In this document: in pieces, positions 1 to 8,625 of the stretch
Numbering within the stretch: position 1 is the first letter of the stretch
How the letters are laid out: each line of letters opens with the position of its first letter
DNA from: Dehalococcoidia bacterium
GTDB lineage: Bacteria > Chloroflexota > Dehalococcoidia > Lucifugimonadales > CBDCYU01
Reading direction: 5' to 3'
Length of the DNA stretch: 64,000 bases
Assembly (NCBI GenBank): GCA_965224345.1
Contig: CBDCYU010000003.1
Coordinates: forward strand, 2,100,297 to 2,164,296
The notes under the pieces: generated by a model
Seen by the model: only the letters and a program-made list of their open reading frames with translations
What the model was told of the DNA's origin: nothing
The model's database searches: none
Position numbers and translations under genes: made by a program

Positions 1-1
1 A

Positions 2-544
2 ACCCCGGTCGCCATATCCGGCAAGCTCGCACAGATCGTCCGGGAGGAGACCGAAGACGGCAGAGTCGCCATCCGCTTCCTCGTCGACGTCATGTTGGGG
101 ACCCTCCAGGGCTTCAAGCCCCACCACAGGCTCGCCGCCGCCAGGGAGCTCCTACGCCGCGGCTTCGACAACGCCCCTGGCGACGGTCCCGGCCGGCCTC
201 CCGCCGTCCGGCAGCCCGTCGCCGAGCGTCAGCAGCAGCCCGTCGACCACAACAGCTACGCTCCCATGCCCGTCCGCCAGGAGCCCGTCGACGACCGGCG
301 GGACGCCGTTGACCACGACGACTACCCAGTCGACCATCGGCACGAAGACGAGTTCGACGACGAAGCCGCCGCCCCGTCCCACGACGACCCCGGCGACCCC
401 GATCACGACGACTTCCCGCGGACCGCACCCGGCCATCCCCGCCCGAAGGTCGCGGCGCCGGACCCCAAGACCTCCACCAACCGCGAGCCCCCGCCGGGCC
501 AGCGGAAGTCCGACACCCGAAACCCTCTCCGCATCTTCTTCTGA
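2..544 (+). CDS. hypothetical protein; 5' end lies outside the window; acidic/Pro/His-rich low-complexity C-terminus
   Basis: The frame of ORF 92..544 stays open back to nt 2 (TPVAISGKLAQIVREETEDGRVAIRFLVDVMLGTLQGFKPHHRLAAARELLRRGF...). A helical N-part is followed by a D/P/H-rich tail. No family recognised. Confidence 0.4.
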   Translation, partial: TPVAISGKLAQIVREETEDGRVAIRFLVDVMLGTLQGFKPHHRLAAARELLRRGFDNAPGDGPGRPPAVRQPVAERQQQPVDHNSYAPMPVRQEPVDDRRDAVDHDDYPVDHRHEDEFDDEAAAPSHDDPGDPDHDDFPRTAPGHPRPKVAAPDPKTSTNREPPPGQRKSDTRNPLRIFF

Positions 545-746
545 CCGACGCCCCCGCGCCGCTACCAGAGGGTCAGGGAGTCCAGGAAGAGCTGCCGCAG
601 GTCGGCCTCGTCCACGGGGCGGGGCGATAGCTTGATCACCCTGTCCTGGGGCAGAGCCCCGGCGACCAGGTCGTCCTCGGTGTACCCGACCATCCCCGGC
701 AGTCAAGGCGTCCAACAGAAAGTGCCAGGGGCCGCTCTCACATCAT

Positions 747-839
747 GTCATTCTGAAACGGAGCGCAGCGGAGTTGAAGAATCTAAGATGGTGGCACAAG
801 AGCATGGCTCCTTAGATTCCTCTCTGCCCTCGGAATGAC
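747..839. repeat. imperfect palindromic REP/MITE-like element (~93 bp)
   Basis: gtcattctga (747-756) pairs with tcggaatgac (830-839), and gaagaatctaag (777-788) pairs with cttagattcctc (811-822). The patch is AT-richer than its surroundings. It translates to the ...CHSE.ERSGVEES...DSSLPSE* type peptide typical of a widespread intergenic repeat. Only one copy occurs in this window. Confidence 0.5.
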
Positions 840-933
840 ATGGGGCGGCGGTGTATGATGCAACCGGTGGTGCCTATCCTCAGAAGGAGCGTCGAGCATG
901 GCGACACTGGACGAGCTGGGTACGCGAGTCACG

Positions 934-1469
934 TCAGATGTAGCGGGAGACCATCTCGATGGCCTGGGCGGCCCACACGTCGCTGATGGGGTTCGAGCCC
1001 TGATAGGACGGCCGCAGGCCGGGGTTGTCCGGCGCGGGCCGTCGGTGAAAGGGCAGCGCGGTGTACGACTCGAGGCCGTGGCTCAGGACGTCCAGGCCGC
1101 TGCAGGCCGTCACCATCTTGGGCAGCGTCCGCGTGTTCTCGCCGCCTTAGCCGTGTCGATGGTCGATCCCCCTCCCACCGCCACGTAGCCGTCGAACCCA
1201 CCCTCCGCCGCGAAGCGGGCCGCCTCCTGGAAGGAGACGTCGGTGGGCTCGACGCTCACCCCGTCGAACAGCACAGCGTCGACGGCCTCTCGGCGCAGCG
1301 ACGTCAGCGCCGCCCGGACCGGCTCGCTGTCGGACAGGCCGGGGTCGGTGAGCACCATCACCCTCCGCGCGCCGAGGCGCCGCATCTCGTACCCGACCTC
1401 GCGGGTCACCCCCGGCCCGTGCTTGATGCTGGAGGTATCGATGGTGAAGGCTGTCTCTAGGCTGCTCAT
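934..1469 (-). pseudogene. iron-containing alcohol dehydrogenase (hydroxyacid-oxoacid transhydrogenase-like) remnant with an internal deletion/frameshift and 3' truncation
   Basis: ORF 1110..1469 gives MSSLETAFTIDTSSIKHGPG...GYVAVGGGSTIDTAKAA. A second frame (ORF 934..1116 and upstream) then continues ENTRTLPKMVTACSGLDVLSHGLESYTALP...YQGSNPISDVWAAQAIEMVSRYI*. The block that normally separates the GGGS motif from this region is missing. The frame ends roughly mid-way through the family length, next to the palindromic element. Confidence 0.75.
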
Positions 1470-1472
1470 GTC

Positions 1473-2327
1473 TCACCCTATCTCTTCGCGGCGCTGTCCT
1501 CTGTCCTTGCTCCTGGAGATGGACGGTCGACCCGTCCCGTCCGGCTTCAACGCGAAAACTCTCAGCCGAACGTAGTCCGCCACCCACGTCCCATCGTAGA
1601 GCATCGTTGCCCGCAGGTCGTCCTCCGCCATGCCGCACACTCGGCTCCGTTCCGGCTCCGACAGGTCCGATAGCAGGGGCAGGGCGAACACCCTGAGCCA
1701 GGCTACCAGCACCCCGTCACCCTCTCCCAGCCGCGTGGGCCGGGGGAAGAGCTCGGCTGACCGGACCGTGAAGCCGAGCCGTTCCAGCAGCGCCGTGTAC
1801 TGAGCGGCGCTGGGGAAGTACCACGGCAGCCGGTCGATGGAGGGGGCTCCCACTCGCCCGCGGGCCCGATGGACCGCGGCTATGATGGCGCGGATGTTGC
1901 CCTCGCCTCCCAGCTCCGCCACGAACCGCCCTCCCTGTCTGAGGGCGTTGAAGATGCCGGCGGCGGCCGTCTCCGGCTCGGTGATCCAGTGGAGGGCGGC
2001 GTTGGAGAAGACCGCGTCGAAGCGGGGCGCCAGGCCCATGTCCAGGGCGTCGAGCACCTGGAAGTCCAGGTGCGGGTAGTTGGCGCGGGCCCGCTGGACC
2101 ATCGACTCCGAAGCGTCGATGCCCAGCGTGTTCGCGCCCGCCTCTGCGATCTTGGCGGTCAGGTGGCCCGTGCCGCAGCCCACGTCCAGTACCCGCTCCC
2201 CCGAACGCGGGCCCAGAAGCTCGATGAGGCTTGCGCCATACTCCCAGACGAAGGCGCCGCACGAGTCGTAGTCCGCGGCGTCCCACGCAGTGGAGGGAGC
2301 CGGTCTGTCCGACGGCGGCGGGCTCAT
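1473..2327 (-). CDS. class I SAM-dependent methyltransferase
   Basis: Motif I VLDVGCGTGHLT is present, with the overall Methyltransf_11/25-like layout (…LDFQVLDALDM…FDAVFSNAALHW…). Confidence 0.85.
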   Translation of the reverse strand: MSPPPSDRPAPSTAWDAADYDSCGAFVWEYGASLIELLGPRSGERVLDVGCGTGHLTAKIAEAGANTLGIDASESMVQRARANYPHLDFQVLDALDMGLAPRFDAVFSNAALHWITEPETAAAGIFNALRQGGRFVAELGGEGNIRAIIAAVHRARGRVGAPSIDRLPWYFPSAAQYTALLERLGFTVRSAELFPRPTRLGEGDGVLVAWLRVFALPLLSDLSEPERSRVCGMAEDDLRATMLYDGTWVADYVRLRVFALKPDGTGRPSISRSKDRGQRREEIG

Positions 2328-2335
2328 GCCAGCCC

Positions 2336-3322
2336 CTAGACCACCTGGTTGACGAGGTCGTGCTCGCCGCGCCAGAGGCGGTCCAGGTTCTCCAGGAGGA
2401 TGTCTATCACGTTCTCCTCGTACATGCGGGTCTCGCCGCCGGTGTGAGGGGTGATGATCACGTTGTCGATGTCCCAGAAGGGGCTGTCCTCCGGCAGCGG
2501 ATCGTCCAGGAAGTGATCGATGGCGGCGCCGGCGATCTCGCCGCTCTCCAGCGCGTCCAGCAGCGCGGGCTCGTCGACGCAGGCCCCCCGCGCCACGTTC
2601 ACCAGGTACGCCGACGGCTTCATCTGTGAGAAGGCCTCACGGTCGATGATGCCCCGGGTCTCCTCGGTGAGCGGGCAGTTCAACACGACGAAGTCCGACT
2701 GCCGCAGCAGGTCCGGCAGCCCGTCGGGCGTGTAGATCTCGTCAGCCGGCCCCTCCGCCGTACTGGGGTCCCGCTTGGTCGCCACCACCCGCATGTCGAA
2801 GGCCTTGGCCAGCCTCGCCACCCGGGAGCCTATGCTTCCGAGGCCCACTATGCCCAGCGTCTTGCCGGACAGCTCGTCCTCGCGGCTCGCTATCTCGGAG
2901 ATCATCCCCCTCCAGAAGCGCCTGCGCTGATTGTCGCGGCCAGTGTGTATGTGCCGGGAGAAGGCCAGGATCAGGGCGAAGGCGTGCTCGCTCACCGCGT
3001 TGCGGTTGACCCCGCTGGCGCTGGCAAGCCTGAGCCCGCGGGCGGCGAGCTCATCCAGGGGGAACTGGTCGTACCCCGCCCCGATGGACTGGATGAACCG
3101 CAGCCGGGGCGCCAGGTCCAGCAGCCGGTCGTCCCAGAATCCCGACACCACCAGGACGTCCGCCTCGCCAATCCTGGCGTCCAGATCCTCCGGCGTGCGC
3201 ACCTGGAAGTAGCCAAGGCCGGTCTCCCGTCTCTCGAAAATCTCGTCCATGGGATAGGCTATGTGGGCGAAGCAGATGTTGAGCTCTCCCCTGGAGGGGA
3301 AAGCCGGTGAGCTAATTGACAT
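2336..3322 (-). CDS. D-isomer-specific 2-hydroxyacid dehydrogenase, NAD-binding
   Basis: Rossmann motif GIVGLGSIGSRVARLA is present. The catalytic-region motifs are LVNVARGACVDEPAL and ITPHTGGET. Confidence 0.9.
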   Translation of the reverse strand: MSISSPAFPSRGELNICFAHIAYPMDEIFERRETGLGYFQVRTPEDLDARIGEADVLVVSGFWDDRLLDLAPRLRFIQSIGAGYDQFPLDELAARGLRLASASGVNRNAVSEHAFALILAFSRHIHTGRDNQRRRFWRGMISEIASREDELSGKTLGIVGLGSIGSRVARLAKAFDMRVVATKRDPSTAEGPADEIYTPDGLPDLLRQSDFVVLNCPLTEETRGIIDREAFSQMKPSAYLVNVARGACVDEPALLDALESGEIAGAAIDHFLDDPLPEDSPFWDIDNVIITPHTGGETRMYEENVIDILLENLDRLWRGEHDLVNQVV

Positions 3323-3367
3323 CCTTGAGTACCCTCCTCTGTCGTCTGCGCGGGCCGTCCCGCCGTG

Positions 3368-4573
3368 CTAGTAGAGCCTTCCGTATCGCGGCAGCGGAGC
3401 GCCTATCAGCGGCCGGGCGTAGCCGAGATACTCCTCCGTGACGAAGTACGAGGAGCGGTCCAGGTGACACTCGGGCATCGGCCTGACCCTCCCGGCCTGG
3501 CGCCCCAGGGGCGCCAGGCCGGTGGTGCATGAGTACTCCTCGTCGTCCCGTTGCCGGTCCGCTCCCTCCCGCACCAGCGTCACCATGCAGTCGCGGTGGC
3601 CGTCCAGCGCGTAGCGGACCGCCGCGCGGCCCACCATCTCGGCCTCCTGGGCGTCGGTCTCCGAGACGCAGGCCATCATCGAGCGCTGGATCGTCCCCGG
3701 TTTCTCGCAGCGGACGCGAACTCCCAGACGCCGGCTGACGAGGCCCGCCAGGTATCGAGCCGGCCCCTCGAAGTAGGCGTGGCCGAAGTCGTCGACGTAC
3801 CACGGCTCCTCCTGTCCCCCGATAACGCCGTCGACGCCGCGGGCATTCTCGGCGATCACGGCGACGGCGAAGCCGAAGCGCGCGTACGCACACTCCATGA
3901 CGGCCAGGAACCGCTCCTCGTCCACCGGGACCTCCGGTAGACAGAGCGCGTGGGGAGCGTCTCGCTCCTCTCGCTTCGCCAGGGCCGCCGCGGCAGCCAA
4001 CCAACCGGAGTCGCGCCCCATGACCTCGATCAGGGTGATGGGCGACTCCTGGCCCATGGCCTCCGCGTCCCTGCCGGCGCCCATCGTAGCCAGCGCCACG
4101 AACCGGGCGGCGCTGCCGTAGCCGGGCGTGTGGTCGGTCTCGACCAGGTCGTTGTCGATGGTCTTGGGGACCGCAGTCACCGTCAGATCGCAGCCCTGCT
4201 CGCGGGCTCCCATCCCCAGGCGGCGCCCGGTCTCGGCGGAGTCGTTGCCGCCGATGACGAACAGGTACCCGATACCGCGGGCCGAGAGCGCTTCCAGGGC
4301 GGCCGGCACGTCCTCCTCGACGAGCCTGCGCCGGGAAGAGCCCAGCGCGGCTCCGGGGGTATCGGCAACGCGCCTCCAGACGGCCTCCGAGGGGCCAGCA
4401 AGGTCCAGGAGTGAGCCTGACAGCAACCCGTCGAGGCCGTGCACGGCGCCATAGACGCAGCCGAGCTCCGGGTGCCTAGCCGCCTCCCTGACGATACCGA
4501 ACAGGCTCCGGTTCATCACCGGCGTGGGTCCGCCGGACTGTGCTATCAAGACGTTGTTTGGTCTATCCCGCAT
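3368..4573 (-). CDS. pfp: 6-phosphofructokinase, probably the pyrophosphate-dependent type
   Basis: PFK family motifs are SGGPTPVMN, VIGGNDS and VPKTIDNDL. Asp sits in GGNDS and Lys in PKTIDND at the two positions that are Gly/Gly in ATP-PFKs and Asp/Lys in PPi-PFKs. Confidence 0.85.
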   Translation of the reverse strand: MRDRPNNVLIAQSGGPTPVMNRSLFGIVREAARHPELGCVYGAVHGLDGLLSGSLLDLAGPSEAVWRRVADTPGAALGSSRRRLVEEDVPAALEALSARGIGYLFVIGGNDSAETGRRLGMGAREQGCDLTVTAVPKTIDNDLVETDHTPGYGSAARFVALATMGAGRDAEAMGQESPITLIEVMGRDSGWLAAAAALAKREERDAPHALCLPEVPVDEERFLAVMECAYARFGFAVAVIAENARGVDGVIGGQEEPWYVDDFGHAYFEGPARYLAGLVSRRLGVRVRCEKPGTIQRSMMACVSETDAQEAEMVGRAAVRYALDGHRDCMVTLVREGADRQRDDEEYSCTTGLAPLGRQAGRVRPMPECHLDRSSYFVTEEYLGYARPLIGAPLPRYGRLY

Positions 4574-4609
4574 GTGCCGAGGCCCCGGTCCCCTCCTCCA
4601 CCTTTGGGA

Positions 4610-5353
4610 CTAGGCGCCGGCCTTGGCGGCGAGGTCCTCGAAATCGGACGCGACGACGTCGATCCACTCCTCGGGCGCCGCGTCGACGTGCGCCCCGGGG
4701 CCTCTCTCCAGGGGCCTGGGGACGAAGCCCGTCTTCAGTCCCAGGACTCTCGCGGCTTTGAGGTCGCCCTTGTGGGCAGCGACCATCATCACCTCCTCCG
4801 GCCTCAGCCCCAGCATGTCCGCCGCCCCCAGGTAGACCTCCGGATCGGGCTTGTAGTGTTTGAAGATCTCGGCGGAGAGGATACAGTCCCAGGGGAGGCC
4901 CGCGTGCTTGGCCATGTTGGTCAGGAGGGCCACGTTCCCGTTGGAGAGCGTCGCTATCACAAAGCGGCTCTTCAGGCGGGCGAGGCCTCCGGGGGAGTCC
5001 GGCCACCCGTCCAGCCTGTGCCAGGCGCGGTTGAGATGATCGGTCTCGTCCTCCGAGAGACCGGTTATCCCCAGCTCCTCCAGCAGATCGTCCAGTATCA
5101 TGCGGTGCAGTGCGTCGATCTTGGTCCAGGGCAGCTCGCCGCCGCGGACCCGCTGCATCGAAGGGCCGTAGTCCCCTCGCCACCTGTCCGCGAACGCCTC
5201 CCAGTCGGCGCTGATGCCCTTGGCCTCCCCAAGTTGTCTAAGCTCGCGGATGATACTTCCGCGCCAGTCTACCACCGTACCGAACACGTCGAACGTCATC
5301 GCCTTGACCTTGGTGAAGTCCATAGCACTCCTACCTCTCGAATCACTCTCCAA
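4610..5353 (-). CDS. haloacid dehalogenase type II (HAD superfamily hydrolase)
   Basis: HAD motif I is FDVFGTVVDW. The protein also has the ...LSNGN... and MVAAHKGDLKAA motifs typical of L-2-haloacid dehalogenase-like enzymes. Confidence 0.85.
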   Translation of the reverse strand: MESDSRGRSAMDFTKVKAMTFDVFGTVVDWRGSIIRELRQLGEAKGISADWEAFADRWRGDYGPSMQRVRGGELPWTKIDALHRMILDDLLEELGITGLSEDETDHLNRAWHRLDGWPDSPGGLARLKSRFVIATLSNGNVALLTNMAKHAGLPWDCILSAEIFKHYKPDPEVYLGAADMLGLRPEEVMMVAAHKGDLKAARVLGLKTGFVPRPLERGPGAHVDAAPEEWIDVVASDFEDLAAKAGA

Positions 5354-5407
5354 CCGAACAGCACCCCGGTTCGCGCAGCCGCGAGACCCCTGCCAACGGA
5401 CAGACCG

Positions 5408-6436
5408 TCAGGGCCAGACCAGCTTGTCCCCGTCGTAGACCGCCTCCAGGAAGCGGTCGGTATAGGCGGTCCGGTAGTCGAAGGCCTTGGGAAGGGCGTC
5501 GAACTCGATGAACTGATCGTAGAACGCCTTCCACTGCGCGTCCGTCATCCAGCCCAGGCCGCGGCTCCGGGTGACCGCGCTGACCGCGTCGGCCAGCTCC
5601 GTCTCCAGCATGAACAGCTGGTGCTCCCTCTCCTCGTTGGGGGCGTACTTCAGGACGACGTCCACCGACTCCTCGGGGTTTTCCGCGATATAGTCGAGGG
5701 CCTTCAGGGTGGCCTTCAGGAACCTCTCGACCTTCTCGGGCTCCTGCTCTCCCAGCTCGCGGCGCGTGATATAGGTCAGGCCCATGCTGGGCAGTCCATA
5801 GTCGGAGGCCTGCCACTGGTTCACCTCGAATCCCAGGGTCCTCCTCACGGTGTCGGGCTCGTTGGAGTCGAAGACCGCCAGGACGTCGACCTCGCCGTCG
5901 GTCAACACCCTGGGATCGAAGCCGACCCGGACCTCCCGTATCTTCGACCTGTCGACGCCGTTCGCCTCCAGTATCGCCAGGTACTCGGGGGGCTGCGAGA
6001 TCTTGTAGCCGAAGGTCTTGCCCTCCCAGTCCTCGGGCGACTCGATGCCGCTGTCCCTCAGGGCGATGAACGCCTGCTGGCTGGCCTGGCCGAACAGTGC
6101 GATGGCGTAGATGGGAAGGTCCGGGTCCGACCTTCGACTCAGGACCGAGGCGGCCGAAGCCGTCGTGAAGTCGACGTCGCCGGCCATCAGAAGCTTCAGG
6201 TGCTCGCCGGTGGAGGCGTGAAGGATCTCCACCTCCAGGTCCTGGTCCGCAAAGTATCCCTTCTCCTGCGCCACGTAGGCGGCAGCGAAGGGAAGGTTGG
6301 CCTGCGGTTTGAATCCCGCCATGAAGACGACCCGCTCGGTCTCCAGTGGGTCCGAACAGGCGCCTCCCGTCAGCGTGGCGGCGGCCAGCGCCGCAGCCAG
6401 GATGAACGCCGCCATCAACCTGCTTCGTAGAGTCAT
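5408..6436 (-). CDS. ABC transporter substrate-binding protein, NMT1/THI5-like (nitrate/sulfonate/taurine family)
   Basis: A signal/lipoprotein-like N-terminus (MTLRSRLMAAFILAAALAAATLTGGACS) is followed by a periplasmic binding fold. I chose the second Met, which follows a GAAAGAG RBS. The track ORF extends to 6475. Confidence 0.85.
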   Translation of the reverse strand: MTLRSRLMAAFILAAALAAATLTGGACSDPLETERVVFMAGFKPQANLPFAAAYVAQEKGYFADQDLEVEILHASTGEHLKLLMAGDVDFTTASAASVLSRRSDPDLPIYAIALFGQASQQAFIALRDSGIESPEDWEGKTFGYKISQPPEYLAILEANGVDRSKIREVRVGFDPRVLTDGEVDVLAVFDSNEPDTVRRTLGFEVNQWQASDYGLPSMGLTYITRRELGEQEPEKVERFLKATLKALDYIAENPEESVDVVLKYAPNEEREHQLFMLETELADAVSAVTRSRGLGWMTDAQWKAFYDQFIEFDALPKAFDYRTAYTDRFLEAVYDGDKLVWP

Positions 6437-6452
6437 GCCCAGCTCTTTCGTT

Positions 6453-7304
6453 TCACCTGGATATCTCAGAGTCATGCCAGAACAGTACCAGCTTCTCGGT
6501 GTAGGATGTCAACATCGTGAGGGAGATTCCTATGAAAGCCAGCGCAAAGACCGCCGAGAACAGCGTTGGCATGTCCAGGTTGTTGTGGGCCACGATGATC
6601 ACGGCTCCAAGGCCCTGGTCGCCCGTAAACCACTCGCCGATAACCGCGCCGATAACCGAGAGAGGAATCGAGATGCGAAAGGCCGCGAACAGGTACGGGA
6701 GCGAGCTTGGAGCCCTCAGCTTGAAGAAGACCTCCCGCCTGGATGCGTGGAGAGAGGTGAAGAAGTCCAGGGCGCCCGGGTCTACGGAGCGCAGGCCCGT
6801 CAGCCCGTTGACCAGCACCGGAAAGAAGGTGATGAGGGCCGCGATCAGCACCTTGGGAAAGGAGCCGAAGCCGAACCAGATGACGAACAGCGGGGCGACC
6901 GCCACGATGGGCGTCACCTTGACCAAGACCGCCAGGGGAAAGAGGCTCCTCTCCAGGACCCTGGAGTGCGCCATGATGGTGGCCCCCGCCAGCGCCACCG
7001 CACACCCCAGGCCGAAGCCCGCCATAGCCTCCCACAGCGTCGTCCAGCCGTGGCCGGCGAAGTAGCCTATGTCGCCGAATAACCGCTCTAAGACCAGCGA
7101 CGGCCTTGGGAGGATGTACACCTTGACGTCCAACAGGCGGACCCAGACTTCCCAGGCGGCGGCCATTGCAGCCAGGGCCACGGCCGCGGGGACGACGTAG
7201 GCGGCAGCCTGCCCCCACGGTACGGAAGGACGCCGCAGCGCCTCGCCGCCGCGGCCGGCGTCGACGCCGGCCCCCGGGAGGCGCTCAGTGAACGGGTTGT
7301 CCAT
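6453..7304 (-). CDS. ABC transporter permease (SsuC/TauC-like)
   Basis: Multi-TM protein with a BPD_transp_1-type EAA loop region (…ASRREVFFKLRAPSSLPYLFAAFRISI…). It overlaps both neighbours in the operon. Confidence 0.9.
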   Translation of the reverse strand: MDNPFTERLPGAGVDAGRGGEALRRPSVPWGQAAAYVVPAAVALAAMAAAWEVWVRLLDVKVYILPRPSLVLERLFGDIGYFAGHGWTTLWEAMAGFGLGCAVALAGATIMAHSRVLERSLFPLAVLVKVTPIVAVAPLFVIWFGFGSFPKVLIAALITFFPVLVNGLTGLRSVDPGALDFFTSLHASRREVFFKLRAPSSLPYLFAAFRISIPLSVIGAVIGEWFTGDQGLGAVIIVAHNNLDMPTLFSAVFALAFIGISLTMLTSYTEKLVLFWHDSEISR

Positions 7305-8079
7305 CCTGTACTCCTGACGACAACGCCTCTTTGACCTCCAAGACGTAGTCGAGAAACAGGGCCGAATGCTCCAGCGACTCGGCCCTGGGCCGGGGCAGCT
7401 CTATCTTCACCCTCTTCAGGATGCGGCCGGGCCGCGACGACATCACCACGACCCAGTCGGACAGCGTCACCGCCTCGGGGATGCTGTGGGTCACCATGAG
7501 GACCGTCTTCGGCGACCGCTCCCACAGCTTCAGCACCTCGTAACGCATGGCGGTGCGGGTTATCTCGTCCAGGGCTCCCAGGGGCTCATCCATGAGGAGC
7601 ACGGCCGGATCGAAGACGAGGGCGCGAGCCAGGGACACCCTCTGAGCCATCCCACCGGAGATCTGGTGAGGGCTGTAGTTTCGAAAGTCGGCCAGCCCCA
7701 CCCCCTCCAGTGCCTGCTCCAACAGCCGAGTGTCGACGGCGGCGCCGTTGGCGTTCAACTCCAGGGGAAGGCGAATGTTCTGCTCCACCGTGCGCCACGG
7801 AAGGAGTGAAGCATCCTGAAAGACGAAGCCGATGGCCTTGCGGGCCTGGGCCTCCCTCGGAGACCTACCCTCCACCAGGATGGAGCCCGACGTGGGCGTC
7901 AGCAGCCCGCCGATAGCCTTGAGCAGCGTCGTCTTACCGCCGCCGCTGGGGCCCACTATAGACGCGAACGCTCCCTTCTCGATCTTCAAGTCTACGTCCT
8001 CGATGGCCGTGAGGGAAGATCGGCCGGAGCCGTACACGTGGGTAAGCGCTTTGACCTCTATGTGCCGCTGAGAACTCAA
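7285..8079 (-). CDS. ABC transporter ATP-binding protein (SsuB/TauB-like)
   Basis: Walker A is GPSGGGKTT, the signature is ISGGMAQRV and Walker B is LLMDEPLGALD. The track ORF runs to 8202. The TTG at 8079 (…SSQRHIEVKAL…) gives the usual family length and sits downstream of a TATAGT -10-like box. Confidence 0.9.
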   Translation of the reverse strand: MSSQRHIEVKALTHVYGSGRSSLTAIEDVDLKIEKGAFASIVGPSGGGKTTLLKAIGGLLTPTSGSILVEGRSPREAQARKAIGFVFQDASLLPWRTVEQNIRLPLELNANGAAVDTRLLEQALEGVGLADFRNYSPHQISGGMAQRVSLARALVFDPAVLLMDEPLGALDEITRTAMRYEVLKLWERSPKTVLMVTHSIPEAVTLSDWVVVMSSRPGRILKRVKIELPRPRAESLEHSALFLDYVLEVKEALSSGVQDGQPVH

Positions 8080-8625
8080 GGTGTCGATTGCCCTCGTCCA
8101 AGACCACACTATACCAGCACGGCGCCTGTGCGGGTAGCCGGGCGTGGAAGCACGGGCCCTACCCGCGGGTAGTGTCTCACTTTGACTTAGCGCCGCCTGC
8201 ACCTATTGACCACCGGCCCGCTCTGCCGGACGATGGCTCCTGGACTAGGGCGTGTTCACACTAACGTAGCGCATCGAAGATGAGGGCAAACAGGATGAAC
8301 CCGAGGAAGAGCGTGTCGAGCTTCTCAAAGCGAGAGAAGATGCGGCGAAACCCCTTCAACCGGCGGAACAACCGCTCGATTTCGTTCCGCCTCTTGTACA
8401 TCTCCCGATCGTACTCCCAAGGGTCAACTCGGGTGCTCAGGGGCGGAACAACCGGCGTGAACCCCAGCGCCAACGCCAGTTGGCGGGTCTCATTTCCCTC
8501 GTATGCCCGGTCCATTATCAGGAACGGCTTCCGGTTCTGTGACCCGAGGCGTGTCAACAACTTCCGCCCCTCTGGCGCGTCGTGGGCCTGTCCTGGAGAG
8601 AGGGAGAACGTTACGGCTGTTCTAG

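Noticed and set aside
562-693. A 43-codon minus-strand ORF, MVGYTEDDLVAGALPQDRVIKLSPRPVDEADLRQLFLDSLTLW.
   Set aside because: Its composition looks protein-like, but there is no convincing RBS, it is too short, and no family is recognised. It is mentioned only in the context of the decayed locus.
4439-6430. A 663-aa + strand ORF, the longest in its region.
   Set aside because: It is antisense to the HAD dehalogenase and ABC substrate-binding genes, which both have clear family motifs. Its R/G/P/L/V-rich composition is typical of high-GC shadow ORFs.
8084-8247. A possible TPP riboswitch upstream of the NMT1/THI5-like ABC operon.
   Set aside because: The leader lacks the CUGAGA and ACCUGAUCUGGAUAAUGCCAGCG-type conserved elements. 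It contains only a CTACCCGCGGGTAG palindrome and a TATAGT -10-like box.
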